Shown in pieces: positions 29,007 through 40,172 of a DNA stretch of 64,000 nucleotides. A program made the translations under genes and the position numbers. The stretch is taken from the NCBI GenBank assembly GCA_039794085.1, contig JBDIWC010000013.1, positions 1 to 64,000 on the forward strand. The letters run 5' to 3'. The notes under the pieces are model-generated. The model saw only the letters and a list, made by a program, of their open reading frames with translations, did no database searches and was not told where the DNA came from. Position 1 is the first letter of the stretch; every line of letters starts with the position of its first letter. This DNA comes from Gemmatimonadales bacterium (GTDB lineage: Bacteria > Gemmatimonadota > Gemmatimonadetes > Gemmatimonadales > GWC2-71-9).

Positions 29007-32000
29007 GTGAATTCCGCCGAGGTTCATCCCCTGCTCGAGGTCGGCCTGCTCGGCGGTTTCCGCCTCGCCTCGGGGGGAAAGCCGGTGGAGGGCATCCAAA
29101 GCCCCCGGGCGCAGGGTCTGCTCGTCCATCTCCTGCTCAACCGGGATGGGCCACAGTCCCGGCAGCACCTCGCCTTCCTCCTCTGGCCTGACACCCCCGA
29201 ACGACAGGCCCGAACCAACCTGCGCCACCTGCTCCACGACCTTCGGCACGCTCTTCCCCAAGCCGACCGCCTCCTGTACATCGATGCCCGGGAAATCCGC
29301 TGGGGCCACGGAGCCGAGATTTCGCTGGATGTGGCCCGTTTCGAGGAGCATCTGGAGGGGGCGCGCGTGGCCGAGCGCGAGGGCATGGTCTCCGACGCGG
29401 TCGAACACCTGGAGAGTGCGGTGCGCCTTTACCATGGAGATCTCCATCCCGCCTGTTACGAGCCATGGGTGGAACCCGACCGCGTCCGTCTTCGGAATCT
29501 CTATCTCGGGTGCCTGGAGCGCTTGGTGCAGCTCCTTACCCACCAGGAGGCGATCCCCGAGGCGATTCACTATGCCACGCAACTGGTCCAGCGGAATCCC
29601 CTGCGGGAGCAGGGATACATGGCTCTCATGCGGCTGCACGAGGCGAGGGGCGATCATGCCGCCGTCTTCCGGGTGTTTCATCAATGCCGCTCCACCCTGG
29701 CACGCGAACTCCATGTCGAGCCGGGCCCCGAGATCCGGTCCATTCACCGGCGCGTGGAGCGGGCCGGTTCCGGGGACACCGCTCCGGCTCCAGCCGGCTC
29801 TCTTCCCGGCGAATCCGAACACCCACTCGTGGGTCGCGAGCGGGCCCTGGCACAGATCGAGAACTGCTGGCGTCGGACCTGTCGCGGTGCGCCGCACCTG
29901 GTCCTCATCACCGGAGACCCCGGGATCGGCAAGACCCGGCTCGCGGAGGAGTTCCTCTCCCTCACCATGGCGAGCGGCATTCCCTGTGTCCGGAGCCGGT
30001 CACACGAGGCCGAGGGTCGTCTGGCCTGGGGGCCGGTCGTGGGATGGATGCGAAGTCCGGTGTTGCGCGATGGAGTGAGAACACTCGACGCGGTCTGGTT
30101 GGGGGAGTTGGCCCGGATCCTCCCCGAACTTCGCGCGGAGCGGTCCGACCTGCCGAGCGCGGGTTCCCTGGGGACGGGCTGGGGACGGCGAAACTTCCTG
30201 GAGGCGGTGGATCGCGCCCTCCTGGCCGCCCCGCCACCCCTGGTGCTCCTCCTCGACGACATCCAGTGGACCGACTCCGGGACCCTGGAGTGGATCGGAC
30301 GCTTCCTGCGCTCCTCGGTGACCCTCCCCGTCCTTTTCCTCGCGACGATGAGAACGGAAGCCTCACCCGATTCCGAACCCGTCAACCAGCTCCTGCTGGA
30401 ATTGGAGGCCCGTGCCCAGATGACCCGGGTCGCCCTGGAGCCGCTCGATTTCGAGTCCACTTCCACGCTGGCCCGCCGTCTCTGCGCCGAGGATATCGGG
30501 GACTCCCTGGTCCACCGTCTGCATCGCGAAACCGAAGGCAACCCCCTCTTCATCGTGGAAACCCTCCGTTCCGGCGTGCTCGACGGCCCGGCGGGGGAGG
30601 ATCCCAACCACCCGCTACCGACCCCGGTGCCGGTACGGAACGTCATCGCTCATCGCCTGGGAAGGATCTCCTTCAAGGCCCGCGAGGTTGCGCACTGTGT
30701 CGCGGTGATCGGGCGGTCGTGCCCCCTCGATGTCCTCGCCCGTTCCAGTGCCTGCCCCGAGGATGAACTTGTCGATGCTCTTGATGAGCTCTGGCGTCGT
30801 CGCATCGTGTGTGAAACGGAAGGAGGGCGCTACGACTTCACGCACGACAAGATCCGGAGTGTGGCCCTGGCCGGGATCCCCCCGGCTCGCCGGAAGTGGA
30901 TCAACCGCCGCGTGGCCGAAGCGCTGACCGCACTGCGCGGATCGACCCCGGAGACGGTCGCGAGTCAGGTCGCGGCGCACTGGGAACATGCCGGCATGAT
31001 CGAACCCGCGATCGCGTCCTATGAGCTCGCCGCCGTGGACGCCCAGAGACGCTTCGCGGAGCGGGAGGCGATTGGTCATGCCCGGCGCGCCCTCGAGCTC
31101 GGCGCCACTCTCCCGGCCGATGCCAACGTGACCTCCCGGCGCGCCAGGCTCCACGTGTTGCTGGGCCGCGCGCTGGTCTCCCTGCGGGGCTGGGCGGCGC
31201 CTGAAACCGGGCAGGCGTTTCGGGAGGCGGCGATGAGCGGCAGTGAGGTCGATCAGGGAGATCACCGATTCAACGGCCTCTGGGGCCTTCAGGACTTCCA
31301 CCAGGTACGGGGTGAGTTTCGGGAAGCCACGAAGACGGCTCAACACATGTGGGTCCTCGCGGAGGAGAAGGACCGCTCCGATTGGCGTCAGGTGACGAAG
31401 CAGGAGATCGCCCTGAACACCTTCCACGCCGGTCGCTTCGCCGAAACAGTCGCGATCCAGAGTGAGATCGATACTGCACAGATCGGGACCATGGGGACGA
31501 TGGGTCAGGTCATCGCCGTGCTCCATCATGCCTACCGATCGCATCTGTCGTGGCATGGCGGGCACAGCGCACGCGCCCTGACCGAAAGCCGGGCCATGCT
31601 TGCGCTGGCGGAATCGCAAGCCAACCCACTGCAGCAAGGGGTCGCTCTGGCCTACGAAGCGATGCTGCGCCAGTTCCGCCGGGACATTCCGGAAACCCTC
31701 CAGACCGCCGAGGCGGCCATTGCGATTTGCGAACGACATGAGGTGCCCTATTACCAGGCGTGGGCCACCTTTCTTCGCGGCTGGGCGCGAGTCGTCACCG
31801 GGTCACGCGCGGCGGGGATCACCGAGATGGAACTCGCCCTGAGGGGTCTCGAGTCCACCGGCGCGGGACTCCGCATGCCCTATTACCTGGGACTGCTCGC
31901 GGAGGGCCATCTCCTCGATGACAACGCCACGCGGGCGGGGGAGCTGGTCGACGTGGCCCTCGATACGGGTCGGCGCACCGGAGAGCGGTGGTGCGAGCCG

Positions 32001-32327
32001 GAACTGCTCCGGCTGCGAGGAGGCATTCTCCAGCGGGAAGGGCGGCCCGAGGAGGCGGAGTCACACCTGCGTGAGGGAATCTCGCTGGCCCGAATCCAGG
32101 GGGCTCTCGCTCCCGAGCTCCGGTTGACCACGACCCTGGCCGGCCTCCTGAGTGCGCAGAATCGGACGACGGAAGCCCGGGTCCTGCTGTCGGACGTGTT
32201 CGACCGGTTCACCGAGGGTTGGGACACCCCCGACCTGGTCGACGCGGCCGCTCGTCTGGCCACCTTGCGGGTCGACTCGCAGGAGCCGGAGCCCGGACAC
32301 TGGAGAGGAGGGCGTCCCCTCCAGTGA
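29007..32327 (+). CDS. SARP/BTAD-AAA ATPase-TPR transcriptional regulator
   Basis: LAFLLWPD..ARTNLR, BTAD region, Walker A GDPGIGKT, Walker B LLLDDIQW, TEGNPLF and FTHDKIR; TPR tail ending FTEGWDTPDL. Confidence 0.93.
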   Translation: MNSAEVHPLLEVGLLGGFRLASGGKPVEGIQSPRAQGLLVHLLLNRDGPQSRQHLAFLLWPDTPERQARTNLRHLLHDLRHALPQADRLLYIDAREIRWGHGAEISLDVARFEEHLEGARVAEREGMVSDAVEHLESAVRLYHGDLHPACYEPWVEPDRVRLRNLYLGCLERLVQLLTHQEAIPEAIHYATQLVQRNPLREQGYMALMRLHEARGDHAAVFRVFHQCRSTLARELHVEPGPEIRSIHRRVERAGSGDTAPAPAGSLPGESEHPLVGRERALAQIENCWRRTCRGAPHLVLITGDPGIGKTRLAEEFLSLTMASGIPCVRSRSHEAEGRLAWGPVVGWMRSPVLRDGVRTLDAVWLGELARILPELRAERSDLPSAGSLGTGWGRRNFLEAVDRALLAAPPPLVLLLDDIQWTDSGTLEWIGRFLRSSVTLPVLFLATMRTEASPDSEPVNQLLLELEARAQMTRVALEPLDFESTSTLARRLCAEDIGDSLVHRLHRETEGNPLFIVETLRSGVLDGPAGEDPNHPLPTPVPVRNVIAHRLGRISFKAREVAHCVAVIGRSCPLDVLARSSACPEDELVDALDELWRRRIVCETEGGRYDFTHDKIRSVALAGIPPARRKWINRRVAEALTALRGSTPETVASQVAAHWEHAGMIEPAIASYELAAVDAQRRFAEREAIGHARRALELGATLPADANVTSRRARLHVLLGRALVSLRGWAAPETGQAFREAAMSGSEVDQGDHRFNGLWGLQDFHQVRGEFREATKTAQHMWVLAEEKDRSDWRQVTKQEIALNTFHAGRFAETVAIQSEIDTAQIGTMGTMGQVIAVLHHAYRSHLSWHGGHSARALTESRAMLALAESQANPLQQGVALAYEAMLRQFRRDIPETLQTAEAAIAICERHEVPYYQAWATFLRGWARVVTGSRAAGITEMELALRGLESTGAGLRMPYYLGLLAEGHLLDDNATRAGELVDVALDTGRRTGERWCEPELLRLRGGILQREGRPEEAESHLREGISLARIQGALAPELRLTTTLAGLLSAQNRTTEARVLLSDVFDRFTEGWDTPDLVDAAARLATLRVDSQEPEPGHWRGGRPLQ

Positions 32328-32336
32328 CAGGATGGA
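32296..32336 (-). terminator. Hairpin downstream of lipoprotein copy 1
   Basis: CACTGGAG...CTCCAGTG inverted repeat; homologous hairpin at ~33021-33059. Confidence 0.5.
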
Positions 32337-32344
32337 CACCCGGC

Positions 32345-32968
32345 TCACGGTCGCCGCTCGAACACCGCAAAGAGCAGATCCGCACACGGTTCCGAGGGGG
32401 GGGCCTCGACGGTGCAGTTGGGACCCAGGAACGTCGTGCTCTGAGCCTGCTCCTGGCCGGGTACCGGCTGGCCATGCGTGCGCACAATCACGTGCACCTC
32501 GGCTCCGGCGGGGTTCAGAAGGCCCGGGCCTGACCTCACGTCGAACAGGGCGAGGATGTCTCCCGACGCATCTCCCACCATGAGTGAGCCGGTGTACCCC
32601 GTCGAGCCACCGCTCGCAATTCCGCTGCCGAGCCACACCAGACTCCCCTCCGCGATTTCCATATCGGGAAAATCACAGGCACTCACGCCGGGGCTACCCG
32701 CGGTGCACTTCGAGGGATCGTTGAAGATCGCCCCCCACAACGTGATGACATCACCCGCGGGAATGACACCGGCATCCACCGTGATGTTCGTGGTGATTCG
32801 ATCGGAGAACCGGGTCAGGGATCCGCTCCCCCTCGTGGTTCCGTCCGAGATCAGGATCAGAGCCGCTGCGGCGCTGGCATCCGGCTCGAGTGGGCCACCG
32901 GACTCCGAGCCGCACGCCATGGCCAGTGCCAGGCACCCGGCGAGAGCGAGTTTCCATCCGTACGACAT
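32345..32968 (-). CDS. Hypothetical lipoprotein, tandem paralog 1
   Basis: AMAC lipobox; highly similar to 33073-33738. Confidence 0.85.
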   Translation of the reverse strand: MSYGWKLALAGCLALAMACGSESGGPLEPDASAAAALILISDGTTRGSGSLTRFSDRITTNITVDAGVIPAGDVITLWGAIFNDPSKCTAGSPGVSACDFPDMEIAEGSLVWLGSGIASGGSTGYTGSLMVGDASGDILALFDVRSGPGLLNPAGAEVHVIVRTHGQPVPGQEQAQSTTFLGPNCTVEAPPSEPCADLLFAVFERRP

Positions 32969-33072
32969 GACCAGCCTCCCTGTCGAGAAGAGTGACAAGC
33001 GAAGTTCGTGTCCGGGAGCCCGGACACTGGAGGAGGACGGGCCCCCTCCGGTGCCCGGATGAACACTCCGGT

Positions 33073-33738
33073 TCAGGGGACCAGCTCGAACGCCGCAAAG
33101 AGAAGGTCCGCACACGGCTCCTCGGGCTCGGCTTCGACGGTGCAGTTGGGGCCCAGGAAGGTCTTGCGCTGGGACTGCAGCGCGCCGGGGATCGGCTGGC
33201 CATGGGTGCGAATAACCACGTGCACCACGGCTCCGGCGGGGTCCAGAAGGCCCGGGCCAGACGAAAGGCCAAACAGACCAAGGATGTCTCCCGACGCATC
33301 ACCCACCATGACGTGACCGGTATACCGGGTCGAGCCACCGCTCGCGATCCCGCTGCCGAGCCACACCAGATTCCCGTTCGCGGCTTCGATATCGGGAAAA
33401 TCACAGACACTCACGTCCGGGATAGGGTGGGTGCACTTCGAGGGATCGTTGAAGATCGCCCCCCACAAGGTGATGACATCGCCCTCGGGGATGACTCCGG
33501 GGTCAACGGTGATGTGAGTGGTGATCCCGCTGGGGAGCCGGGTCAGGGTTCCGCTTCCGCCCGTGCTCAGGTCCGAAATCCGGAGCAGATCAGCCGACTG
33601 CGACCTGGACCCCCCCATGCTCGCGTTCAACGCCGGCTCCGCGCCGCTGTCCGGCCCGAGCGGCGTTCCGGCCTCCGTGTTGCACGCGGCGGCCAGCGCG
33701 ATGAACCCGGCCAGTGTGACTTTCGATCGGAATGACAT
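33073..33738 (-). CDS. Hypothetical lipoprotein, tandem paralog 2
   Basis: AAAC lipobox, GGAGG RBS; GDVITLWGAIFNDPSKC and VHVVIRTHG shared with paralog 1. Confidence 0.85.
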   Translation of the reverse strand: MSFRSKVTLAGFIALAAACNTEAGTPLGPDSGAEPALNASMGGSRSQSADLLRISDLSTGGSGTLTRLPSGITTHITVDPGVIPEGDVITLWGAIFNDPSKCTHPIPDVSVCDFPDIEAANGNLVWLGSGIASGGSTRYTGHVMVGDASGDILGLFGLSSGPGLLDPAGAVVHVVIRTHGQPIPGALQSQRKTFLGPNCTVEAEPEEPCADLLFAAFELVP

Positions 33739-33939
33739 GACAATCCTCCACGTAGGTGAAAATGGTTCCTCAGGGCAGCATCCCGACGTTTCGGCGGGGC
33801 GTGCAGGAACCCAGGCTGCAACGCCCCATCGATGTCGGGTGGCTGACGATAACTCGGAGGGCGTTCCGGAACCGTTCCTCTCTCCCGTGGTATTCACGCA
33901 ACAGGGGGGAGGGAGCCCGGCCACCGTCACGTCGGAGTG

Positions 33940-34491
33940 GTTACGGGCAGGAGATCGACTTTCCCCGCCTTCCGGAGGGTTTTGCCCGGCTGGTCACACG
34001 GAAGCTCGATCCAGTACCTGGCGGGAAACACAGGCACTGGGATATCCTGAGGCACCTCCTGCCCCCGGAGGAACTCACCCCGGAGGAATGGTGGGCCGGG
34101 CGACAATGACGCCACCTCTTTCGTCCTGAATCAACTGGGTGTCATCGTCCGAGCCATTCGGGATCTTCATGAATACCTGGAGCGGAAATCGCACGAAATC
34201 CGGACAACGAAGCGACTACTGCAGAACTCGGCGGTTCTCCACGCGACCCTGAATCACCGGCAGCTCGCCCTGGTCCATCACGCGATGCGGAACGCCGGCT
34301 TCGTCTACTCGATCGAATCACACCGCCGTTCTCACGACGTGAGCTGTCAGACGGCGCGCACCGACCTCCTCGGCCTCAGCGACCTGACCCTGCTGGAAAA
34401 GAAGAAGAGGGGGAGACTCTTTCTGTTCTTCTCACCCCCCGACCTTGCCGAACGGCTCACGCGTGTGACTGACAGCACGATCCCGTCATGA
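33940..34491 (+). pseudogene. Fic-family gene remnant lacking the catalytic domain
   Basis: GKHRHWDILRHLLPPEELTPEEWW is joined out of frame at ~34100 to DNDATSFVLNQL...LNHRQLAL...SHRRSHDVSCQTARTDLL. No HPFxDGNGR motif. Confidence 0.75.
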
Positions 34492-36867
34492 TCTCGGTAG
34501 GGCGGTGCCCGGGTCCCATTGCCAGTCGCGAATCTCCGGCATGTCCTCCCCGTGCGTGACGACGTACTCCGCATGCGCGAGGAGCCTGTCCCGGATCAAC
34601 TGCTGAGTTCCGGCCGCGCGCTCCGCGAGGCCGGGCACGCGGTTGATGACGTCGTCCACCAGGTGGAATCGATCAAGGTGATTGAGGACCACCATGTCGA
34701 ACGGGGTGGTCGTGGTGCCTTCCTCTCGATAGCCGTGGACGTGCAGGTTGTGATGGTTGGCGCGGCGGTAGGTCAGACGGTGGATGAGCGGCGGATACCC
34801 GTGAAAGGCGAAGATGACCGGCGTGTCGGTGGTGAAGAACCGATCGAACTCCTCGTCGCTCAACCCATGCGGATGTTCGCTCGGTGATTGCAGTTTCATG
34901 AGGTCGACGATGTTGATCACCCGGACTCTCACCTCGGGGTGGTGGTCTCGCAGCAGCGCAACCGCCGCCAGCGTTTCCAGCGTCGGCACGTCGCCGCAGC
35001 ACGCCATCACCACATCCGGCCCGCCGCCCTCGTCGTTGCTGGCCCAGTGCCACACGCCCAGACCGGCGGTGCAGTGGGCCACGGCCGCGTCCATGTCGAG
35101 CCATTGCGGCGACGGCTGCTTCCCTGCCACGACGACGTTGACGTAGTTGCGGCTGCGGAGGCAGTGGTCCGTGACCGAGAGAAGGGTGTTCGCGTCCGGA
35201 GGCAGGTAGACCCGCGTGACGCTGGCGGTCTTGTTGGCCACCACGTCGAGGAAGCCGGGATCCTGATGGGTGAAGCCGTTGTGATCCTGCCGCCACACGT
35301 GCGAGGTGAGAAGGTAGTTGAGCGAGGCGATGGGACGGCGCCAGGGAATGTCCCGCGCCACCTTGAGCCATTTGGCGTGCTGGTTGAACATCGAATCGAC
35401 GATGTGAATGAAGGCCTCATAGCAGGAAAAGAACCCGTGGCGCCCCGTGAGAAGGTAGCCTTCGATCCAGCCTTCGCACTGGTGCTCGCTCAGCATCTCC
35501 ATGACCCGTCCGTCGGGCGCCACATGATCGTCACTCGGGAGGATCTCGGCGGTGGAACACCGATTCGTCACCTCGAACACCGCGTTCCACCGGTTCGAGG
35601 TGGTCTCGTCGGGGCTGAAGACGCGGAAGGTGTCGGGGTTGCGGGTGATCACGTCGCGGATGAACCCACCTTGGACCCGGGTGGCCTCCCCCACAACCGC
35701 CCCCGGCTGCGGCACCGTCACGGCATGCTCGCGGAAGTCGGGCAGCGTCAGGTCTCGCAGCACCAGGCCGCCGTTGGCGTGGGGGTTGGCGCTCATGCGG
35801 CGGTCGCCGGTGGGAGCCAGCTTGGCGAGCTCGGGCCGGAGCCGGCCCGTCGCATCGAACAGTTCCTCCGGACGGTAACTCCTCAGCCAGTTCTCCAGAA
35901 TGGCCACGTGGCCCGGACGGTTCATGTCCCCCATCGGCACCTGATGCGAGCGGAAGGTCCCCTCCGTCTGCTTCCCATCCACCGTCTCCGGACCGGTCCA
36001 CCCCTTGGGCGAACGGAGAATGATCATGGGCCACCGTGCCCGCTCGGTGAACCCGCGGGTGCGGGCCTCGTGCTGGATGTCCCGGATCCGGGCGAGAACG
36101 GTGTCGAGGGTTGCGGCCATCCGCTGGTGCATTTCCATCGGGTCATCCCCCTCTACCACATGGGGTTCGTACCCGTAGCCCCGGAACAACGCATCCAACT
36201 CGGGGGGCGGAATGCGCGCCAGGACGGTCGGACCCGCAATCTTGTACCCGTTCAGGTGCAGAATGGGTAGCACGGCGCCATCGTGGACCGGATTGAGGAA
36301 CTTGTTCGAGTGCCAACTGGTGGCGAGCGGTCCGGTTTCCGCCTCGCCATCGCCGACGACGCACGCGACGAGCAGATCGGGATTGTCGAACGCGGCGCCA
36401 AAGGCATGGGACAGCGAGTAGCCGAGTTCCCCGCCTTCGTGAATCGAGCCGGGCGTTTCCGCGGCCACGTGGCTGGGAATGCCTCCCGGGAAGGAAAACT
36501 GGGTGAACAGGCGCTTCATCCCCGCTTCATCCTGCGAGAGGTGGGGATAGACCTCGCTATACGTTCCCTCCAGGTAGGCGTTGGCCACCACGCCGGGACC
36601 ACCGTGGCCCGGACCGGCGATGTAGATGACGTTCAGGTCATGCGCCGTGATCGCCCGATTCAGTTGCACGTAGAGGAAGTTCAGTCCCGGCGTCGTCCCC
36701 CAATGCCCGAGCAGGCGCGGCTTGATGTGCGCCAGCGTGAGGGGCTCGCGCAGCAGCGGATTATCATACAGATAGATCTGGCCCACAGAGAGGTAGTTGG
36801 CGGCCCGCCACCAGGCGTCGATCCTCCGCAGGAGCGGGTCGGAGTGTGGTCGCGGTGGGACGGTCAT
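34486..36867 (-). CDS. xfp: Phosphoketolase (XFP family)
   Basis: [38 protein letters not shown] and [12 protein letters not shown] motifs. Confidence 0.98.
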   Translation of the reverse strand: MTVPPRPHSDPLLRRIDAWWRAANYLSVGQIYLYDNPLLREPLTLAHIKPRLLGHWGTTPGLNFLYVQLNRAITAHDLNVIYIAGPGHGGPGVVANAYLEGTYSEVYPHLSQDEAGMKRLFTQFSFPGGIPSHVAAETPGSIHEGGELGYSLSHAFGAAFDNPDLLVACVVGDGEAETGPLATSWHSNKFLNPVHDGAVLPILHLNGYKIAGPTVLARIPPPELDALFRGYGYEPHVVEGDDPMEMHQRMAATLDTVLARIRDIQHEARTRGFTERARWPMIILRSPKGWTGPETVDGKQTEGTFRSHQVPMGDMNRPGHVAILENWLRSYRPEELFDATGRLRPELAKLAPTGDRRMSANPHANGGLVLRDLTLPDFREHAVTVPQPGAVVGEATRVQGGFIRDVITRNPDTFRVFSPDETTSNRWNAVFEVTNRCSTAEILPSDDHVAPDGRVMEMLSEHQCEGWIEGYLLTGRHGFFSCYEAFIHIVDSMFNQHAKWLKVARDIPWRRPIASLNYLLTSHVWRQDHNGFTHQDPGFLDVVANKTASVTRVYLPPDANTLLSVTDHCLRSRNYVNVVVAGKQPSPQWLDMDAAVAHCTAGLGVWHWASNDEGGGPDVVMACCGDVPTLETLAAVALLRDHHPEVRVRVINIVDLMKLQSPSEHPHGLSDEEFDRFFTTDTPVIFAFHGYPPLIHRLTYRRANHHNLHVHGYREEGTTTTPFDMVVLNHLDRFHLVDDVINRVPGLAERAAGTQQLIRDRLLAHAEYVVTHGEDMPEIRDWQWDPGTALPRS

Positions 36868-36873
36868 GGCCGG

Positions 36874-38097
36874 TCACGCTCCTCTGGTGTCGTCGCCGAG
36901 GTGGAGCACCCGGGCAACCGATCGGGCGATCATCAGTTCCTCGTTCGTGGGGATGACGCGCACGGTCACCCGGCTCGCGTCGCTGGAGATCACCTCGGCG
37001 TGCACCGCATTCCGGCCCTCATCCAGGGCGAGGCCCAGAAACCCCAGACCGCCGCAGATGCGGGACCGAATCGAGGCACTCCGCTCCCCGATGCCCGCCG
37101 AGAAGACCAGGGTGTCCAGCCCTCCGAGCGCGGCGGCGAATGCGCCCACCCATTTCTTCGCCTGGTAGCAGAAGAGCGAGACCGCGTCCGCGGCCCGGGC
37201 ATCGTCGGGCTCTCGGGCGAGGAGGTCCCGCATGTCGGCGCTGGTTTCCGACACGCCGAGCAATCCGGAGTCGTGATGGACCATGTCATGAAACTGCTCG
37301 ACGGTCATCTGCTCGCTCTGCGCGAGAAACGACAGCAGCCCCGGGTCCAGGTCGCCGGTTCGGGTGCTCATCATGAGCCCGGCCGCCGGTGTGAACCCCA
37401 TGCTCGTGTCGATGCTCCGGCCTCCCTGTACCGCGGCCAGGCTGGCGCCATTCCCGAGGTGGGCGAGAATCACCCGTCCGCGGGCGGCGTCCGGTCCCGC
37501 GGCACGGGCGAGCGCTTCCAGGAGGTAGGCGTAGGACAGGCCGTGAAAGCCGTAGCGTTTGACGCCCTGCGCCTGGTAGCGCCGCGGAATGGGCAGCAGC
37601 GAGGCAACGCGCGGCATCCCGGCATGAAAGGCCGTGTCAAAGCAGGCCACCTGGGGCAGCTCGGGGTGACACTCGCGGAAGGCCTCGATCAGCGCGATCT
37701 CGCCGGGCAGGTGGTCCGGGGCATAGCGCGTTGCGCCATGGAGTTCGTCGAGCACGTCGGGGGTGACGCATACCGGCTCCGTGCGCTCCATGCCATGGAC
37801 CACGCGGTGCCCCACGGCGACCACCGCGGCGAATTCCTCCCGCGCCTCGAGCCAATGGATCAGGAATCCGTGCCCCGGCTGGTCGGCGGGCACCTCGATC
37901 TGGCCGTCACCCGATCCGTCCTTCTCCGTGCGCCATGAAAGTGTCGAACCGTCCAGGCCCATCCGGTCGAGTTCCCCCGACAACACGCGCACCGGAGCTT
38001 CCCCGGCATGGTACACGGCGAACTTCAGACTCGACGAACCCCCGTTGATGGCCAGGACGGCGGCACGGCGGGGGACGGTCTCGCCGACCGGGATCAC
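36874..38097 (-). CDS. ackA: Acetate/propionate kinase
   Basis: INGGSSSLK, GHRVVHG, FDTAFH, YGFHG, HLGNGAS and PTNEE motifs; GTG start overlaps the ATPase stop. Confidence 0.96.
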   Translation of the reverse strand: MIPVGETVPRRAAVLAINGGSSSLKFAVYHAGEAPVRVLSGELDRMGLDGSTLSWRTEKDGSGDGQIEVPADQPGHGFLIHWLEAREEFAAVVAVGHRVVHGMERTEPVCVTPDVLDELHGATRYAPDHLPGEIALIEAFRECHPELPQVACFDTAFHAGMPRVASLLPIPRRYQAQGVKRYGFHGLSYAYLLEALARAAGPDAARGRVILAHLGNGASLAAVQGGRSIDTSMGFTPAAGLMMSTRTGDLDPGLLSFLAQSEQMTVEQFHDMVHHDSGLLGVSETSADMRDLLAREPDDARAADAVSLFCYQAKKWVGAFAAALGGLDTLVFSAGIGERSASIRSRICGGLGFLGLALDEGRNAVHAEVISSDASRVTVRVIPTNEELMIARSVARVLHLGDDTRGA

Positions 38098-40136
38098 AGC
38101 GCGTTTCGCTTGAGGAGCTGGGCGTTGATCGCCACGATCACCGTGCTGGCGGACATCAGCACCGCGCCGATGGCGGGGGTGAGGAGAATTCCCCACGCGG
38201 CCAGTGCGCCGGCCGCCAAGGGGATGGCAACAATGTTGTAGCCCGCCGCCCACCACAGATTCTGGATCATCTTCCGATACGTAAGCCGTGACAGCGTGAC
38301 GATCCTGGGGATGTCGCGCGGGTCGGAGCGCACCAGCACGATGTGCCCGGCCTCCACCGCCACGTCGGTTCCGGCCCCGATGGCGATACCCACGTCGGCC
38401 GTGGCGAGGGCCGGGGCATCGTTCACCCCGTCTCCGACCATGGCCACCTTCTTCCCCTGCGCCTGCAGTTCCCGCACCTTGGAGGCCTTGTCCTCGGGAA
38501 GAACCTGGGCAAAGACGGTGTCGATCCCGAGATCGGCGGCCACCGCGTCGGCGACGGCCTGGGCGTCGCCGGTGAGCATGGCCACCTCGATGCCCCGACC
38601 GTGCAGCGCGCGGATCGCCTCGCGGCTTTCTTCGCGGATCGCGTCCGCCACGGCAAAGACCGCCACGGGTCGCCCCTCCCGCAGGAGATAGATCGCTGCC
38701 TGCCCCCGGCCCGCCGCGGCTTCGGCCGCTGTGTGGAGCACCTCCGGTACCTCGACCTTCTCCGCCTCCAGGAGCGCAGGCCCGCCCATGTGATAGTCGG
38801 TCCCATCCACCGAGGCGGCCACTCCCTTGCCGGTGATGGCCCTGAAGCCCTCGACGGAGGGGACGGTCAGCTCCCGGTCCTCCGCCGTCTTCACGATTCC
38901 CCGGGCAATGGGGTGCTGCGATTGCGACTCGACACCCGCCGCGATCCGGAGGGCCTCCTCCTCGGGAACGCCCTCCGTCACCGCCATCTCCACCACCCGG
39001 AACTCGCCGAGGGTGAGGGTGCCGGTCTTGTCGAAGATCACGGTGTTCAGGTTCCTGGCCTCCTCCAGACCCCGCCGATCCCGTACCAGGAGGCCGTTGC
39101 GGGCGCCAAGAGTGGTGGAAATGGCCACCACGAGGGGCACGGCGAGACCGAGGGCGTGGGGGCAGGCGATGACCAGAACCGTCACCACGCGGACGAGGGA
39201 GAAGTCGAGGGGGGCGCCCACGATCTGCCAGGCGACAAGGGTGACGACCGCGGCGACGATGGCAACGCCGGTCAGGATCTGGGCCGCACGGTCCGCCAGG
39301 TGCTGGGTGCGGGATTTGGAGGTCTGGGCGTCGGCCACCAGCCGCATGATTCCCGAGAGCTTGGTGTGCTCCCCCGTCCCCGTGACCTCCACGCGAAGGG
39401 CGCCCTCCCCGTTGATGGTCGCGGCGATGACCTCGTCGCCCTCGGTCTTCCTCACCGGCCTCGACTCGCCCGTGATCATCGCCTCGTCGAGGTCGCTCTC
39501 CCCCTTCCGGACCACTCCGTCCGCCGGTACACTCTCACCGGGACGGACCAACACCAGATCTCCATCCTTCAGCTCGCTCACCGGCACCGTTTCCTCCCCA
39601 CTGTCGGTGACGCGGGTCGCCATGTCCGGAAGGAGCTTCGCCAGTTCCTTGAGTGCGCCCTGGGCCTGGGAGATGGAGCGCATCTCGATCCAATGCCCCA
39701 GAAGCATGACGGTGACCAGGGACGCGAGTTCCCACCAGAGGGCGTTCGCCTGGATCAGGCCGAGCTGCACCACCCAGGAAAAGACGAAGGCCACGGCGAT
39801 GGCGAGGGAGATCAGCGTCATCATCCCCGGCAGGCGGTCCCTCAGCTCCCGCCAGGCCCCCCGGAGAAAGACCAATCCTCCATACAGAAACACCACCGTG
39901 CCCAGCACCGGGGGAACCCAGGCCGACCCGGGAAACTCGGGGGCCTCGTAGCCCAAAAGGTCCTGGATGTGGGCCGACCAGAAAACCACGGGGAGGGTGA
40001 ACAGGAATGAGAGCCAGAACTTGTCCCGGAACATCTTCGGGCTATGGCCCTCGTGCTTGCTGTGGCCCTGGCTCTTGTCGCGGGTCTCACGAGGGGTGCT
40101 TCCACCCTCGTGCACGTGATGGGTGTCAGCGCTCAC
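38094..40136 (-). CDS. copB: Copper-translocating P1B ATPase, CopB type
   Basis: His-rich N-terminus; TGES, CPH, DKTGT, GDGVNDAP, YN and MSAS motifs. Confidence 0.95.
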   Translation of the reverse strand: MSADTHHVHEGGSTPRETRDKSQGHSKHEGHSPKMFRDKFWLSFLFTLPVVFWSAHIQDLLGYEAPEFPGSAWVPPVLGTVVFLYGGLVFLRGAWRELRDRLPGMMTLISLAIAVAFVFSWVVQLGLIQANALWWELASLVTVMLLGHWIEMRSISQAQGALKELAKLLPDMATRVTDSGEETVPVSELKDGDLVLVRPGESVPADGVVRKGESDLDEAMITGESRPVRKTEGDEVIAATINGEGALRVEVTGTGEHTKLSGIMRLVADAQTSKSRTQHLADRAAQILTGVAIVAAVVTLVAWQIVGAPLDFSLVRVVTVLVIACPHALGLAVPLVVAISTTLGARNGLLVRDRRGLEEARNLNTVIFDKTGTLTLGEFRVVEMAVTEGVPEEEALRIAAGVESQSQHPIARGIVKTAEDRELTVPSVEGFRAITGKGVAASVDGTDYHMGGPALLEAEKVEVPEVLHTAAEAAAGRGQAAIYLLREGRPVAVFAVADAIREESREAIRALHGRGIEVAMLTGDAQAVADAVAADLGIDTVFAQVLPEDKASKVRELQAQGKKVAMVGDGVNDAPALATADVGIAIGAGTDVAVEAGHIVLVRSDPRDIPRIVTLSRLTYRKMIQNLWWAAGYNIVAIPLAAGALAAWGILLTPAIGAVLMSASTVIVAINAQLLKRNAL

Positions 40137-40172
40137 GGTGGAGATCCTTTCCCGTCCGGCGGGGGCGCGCGA

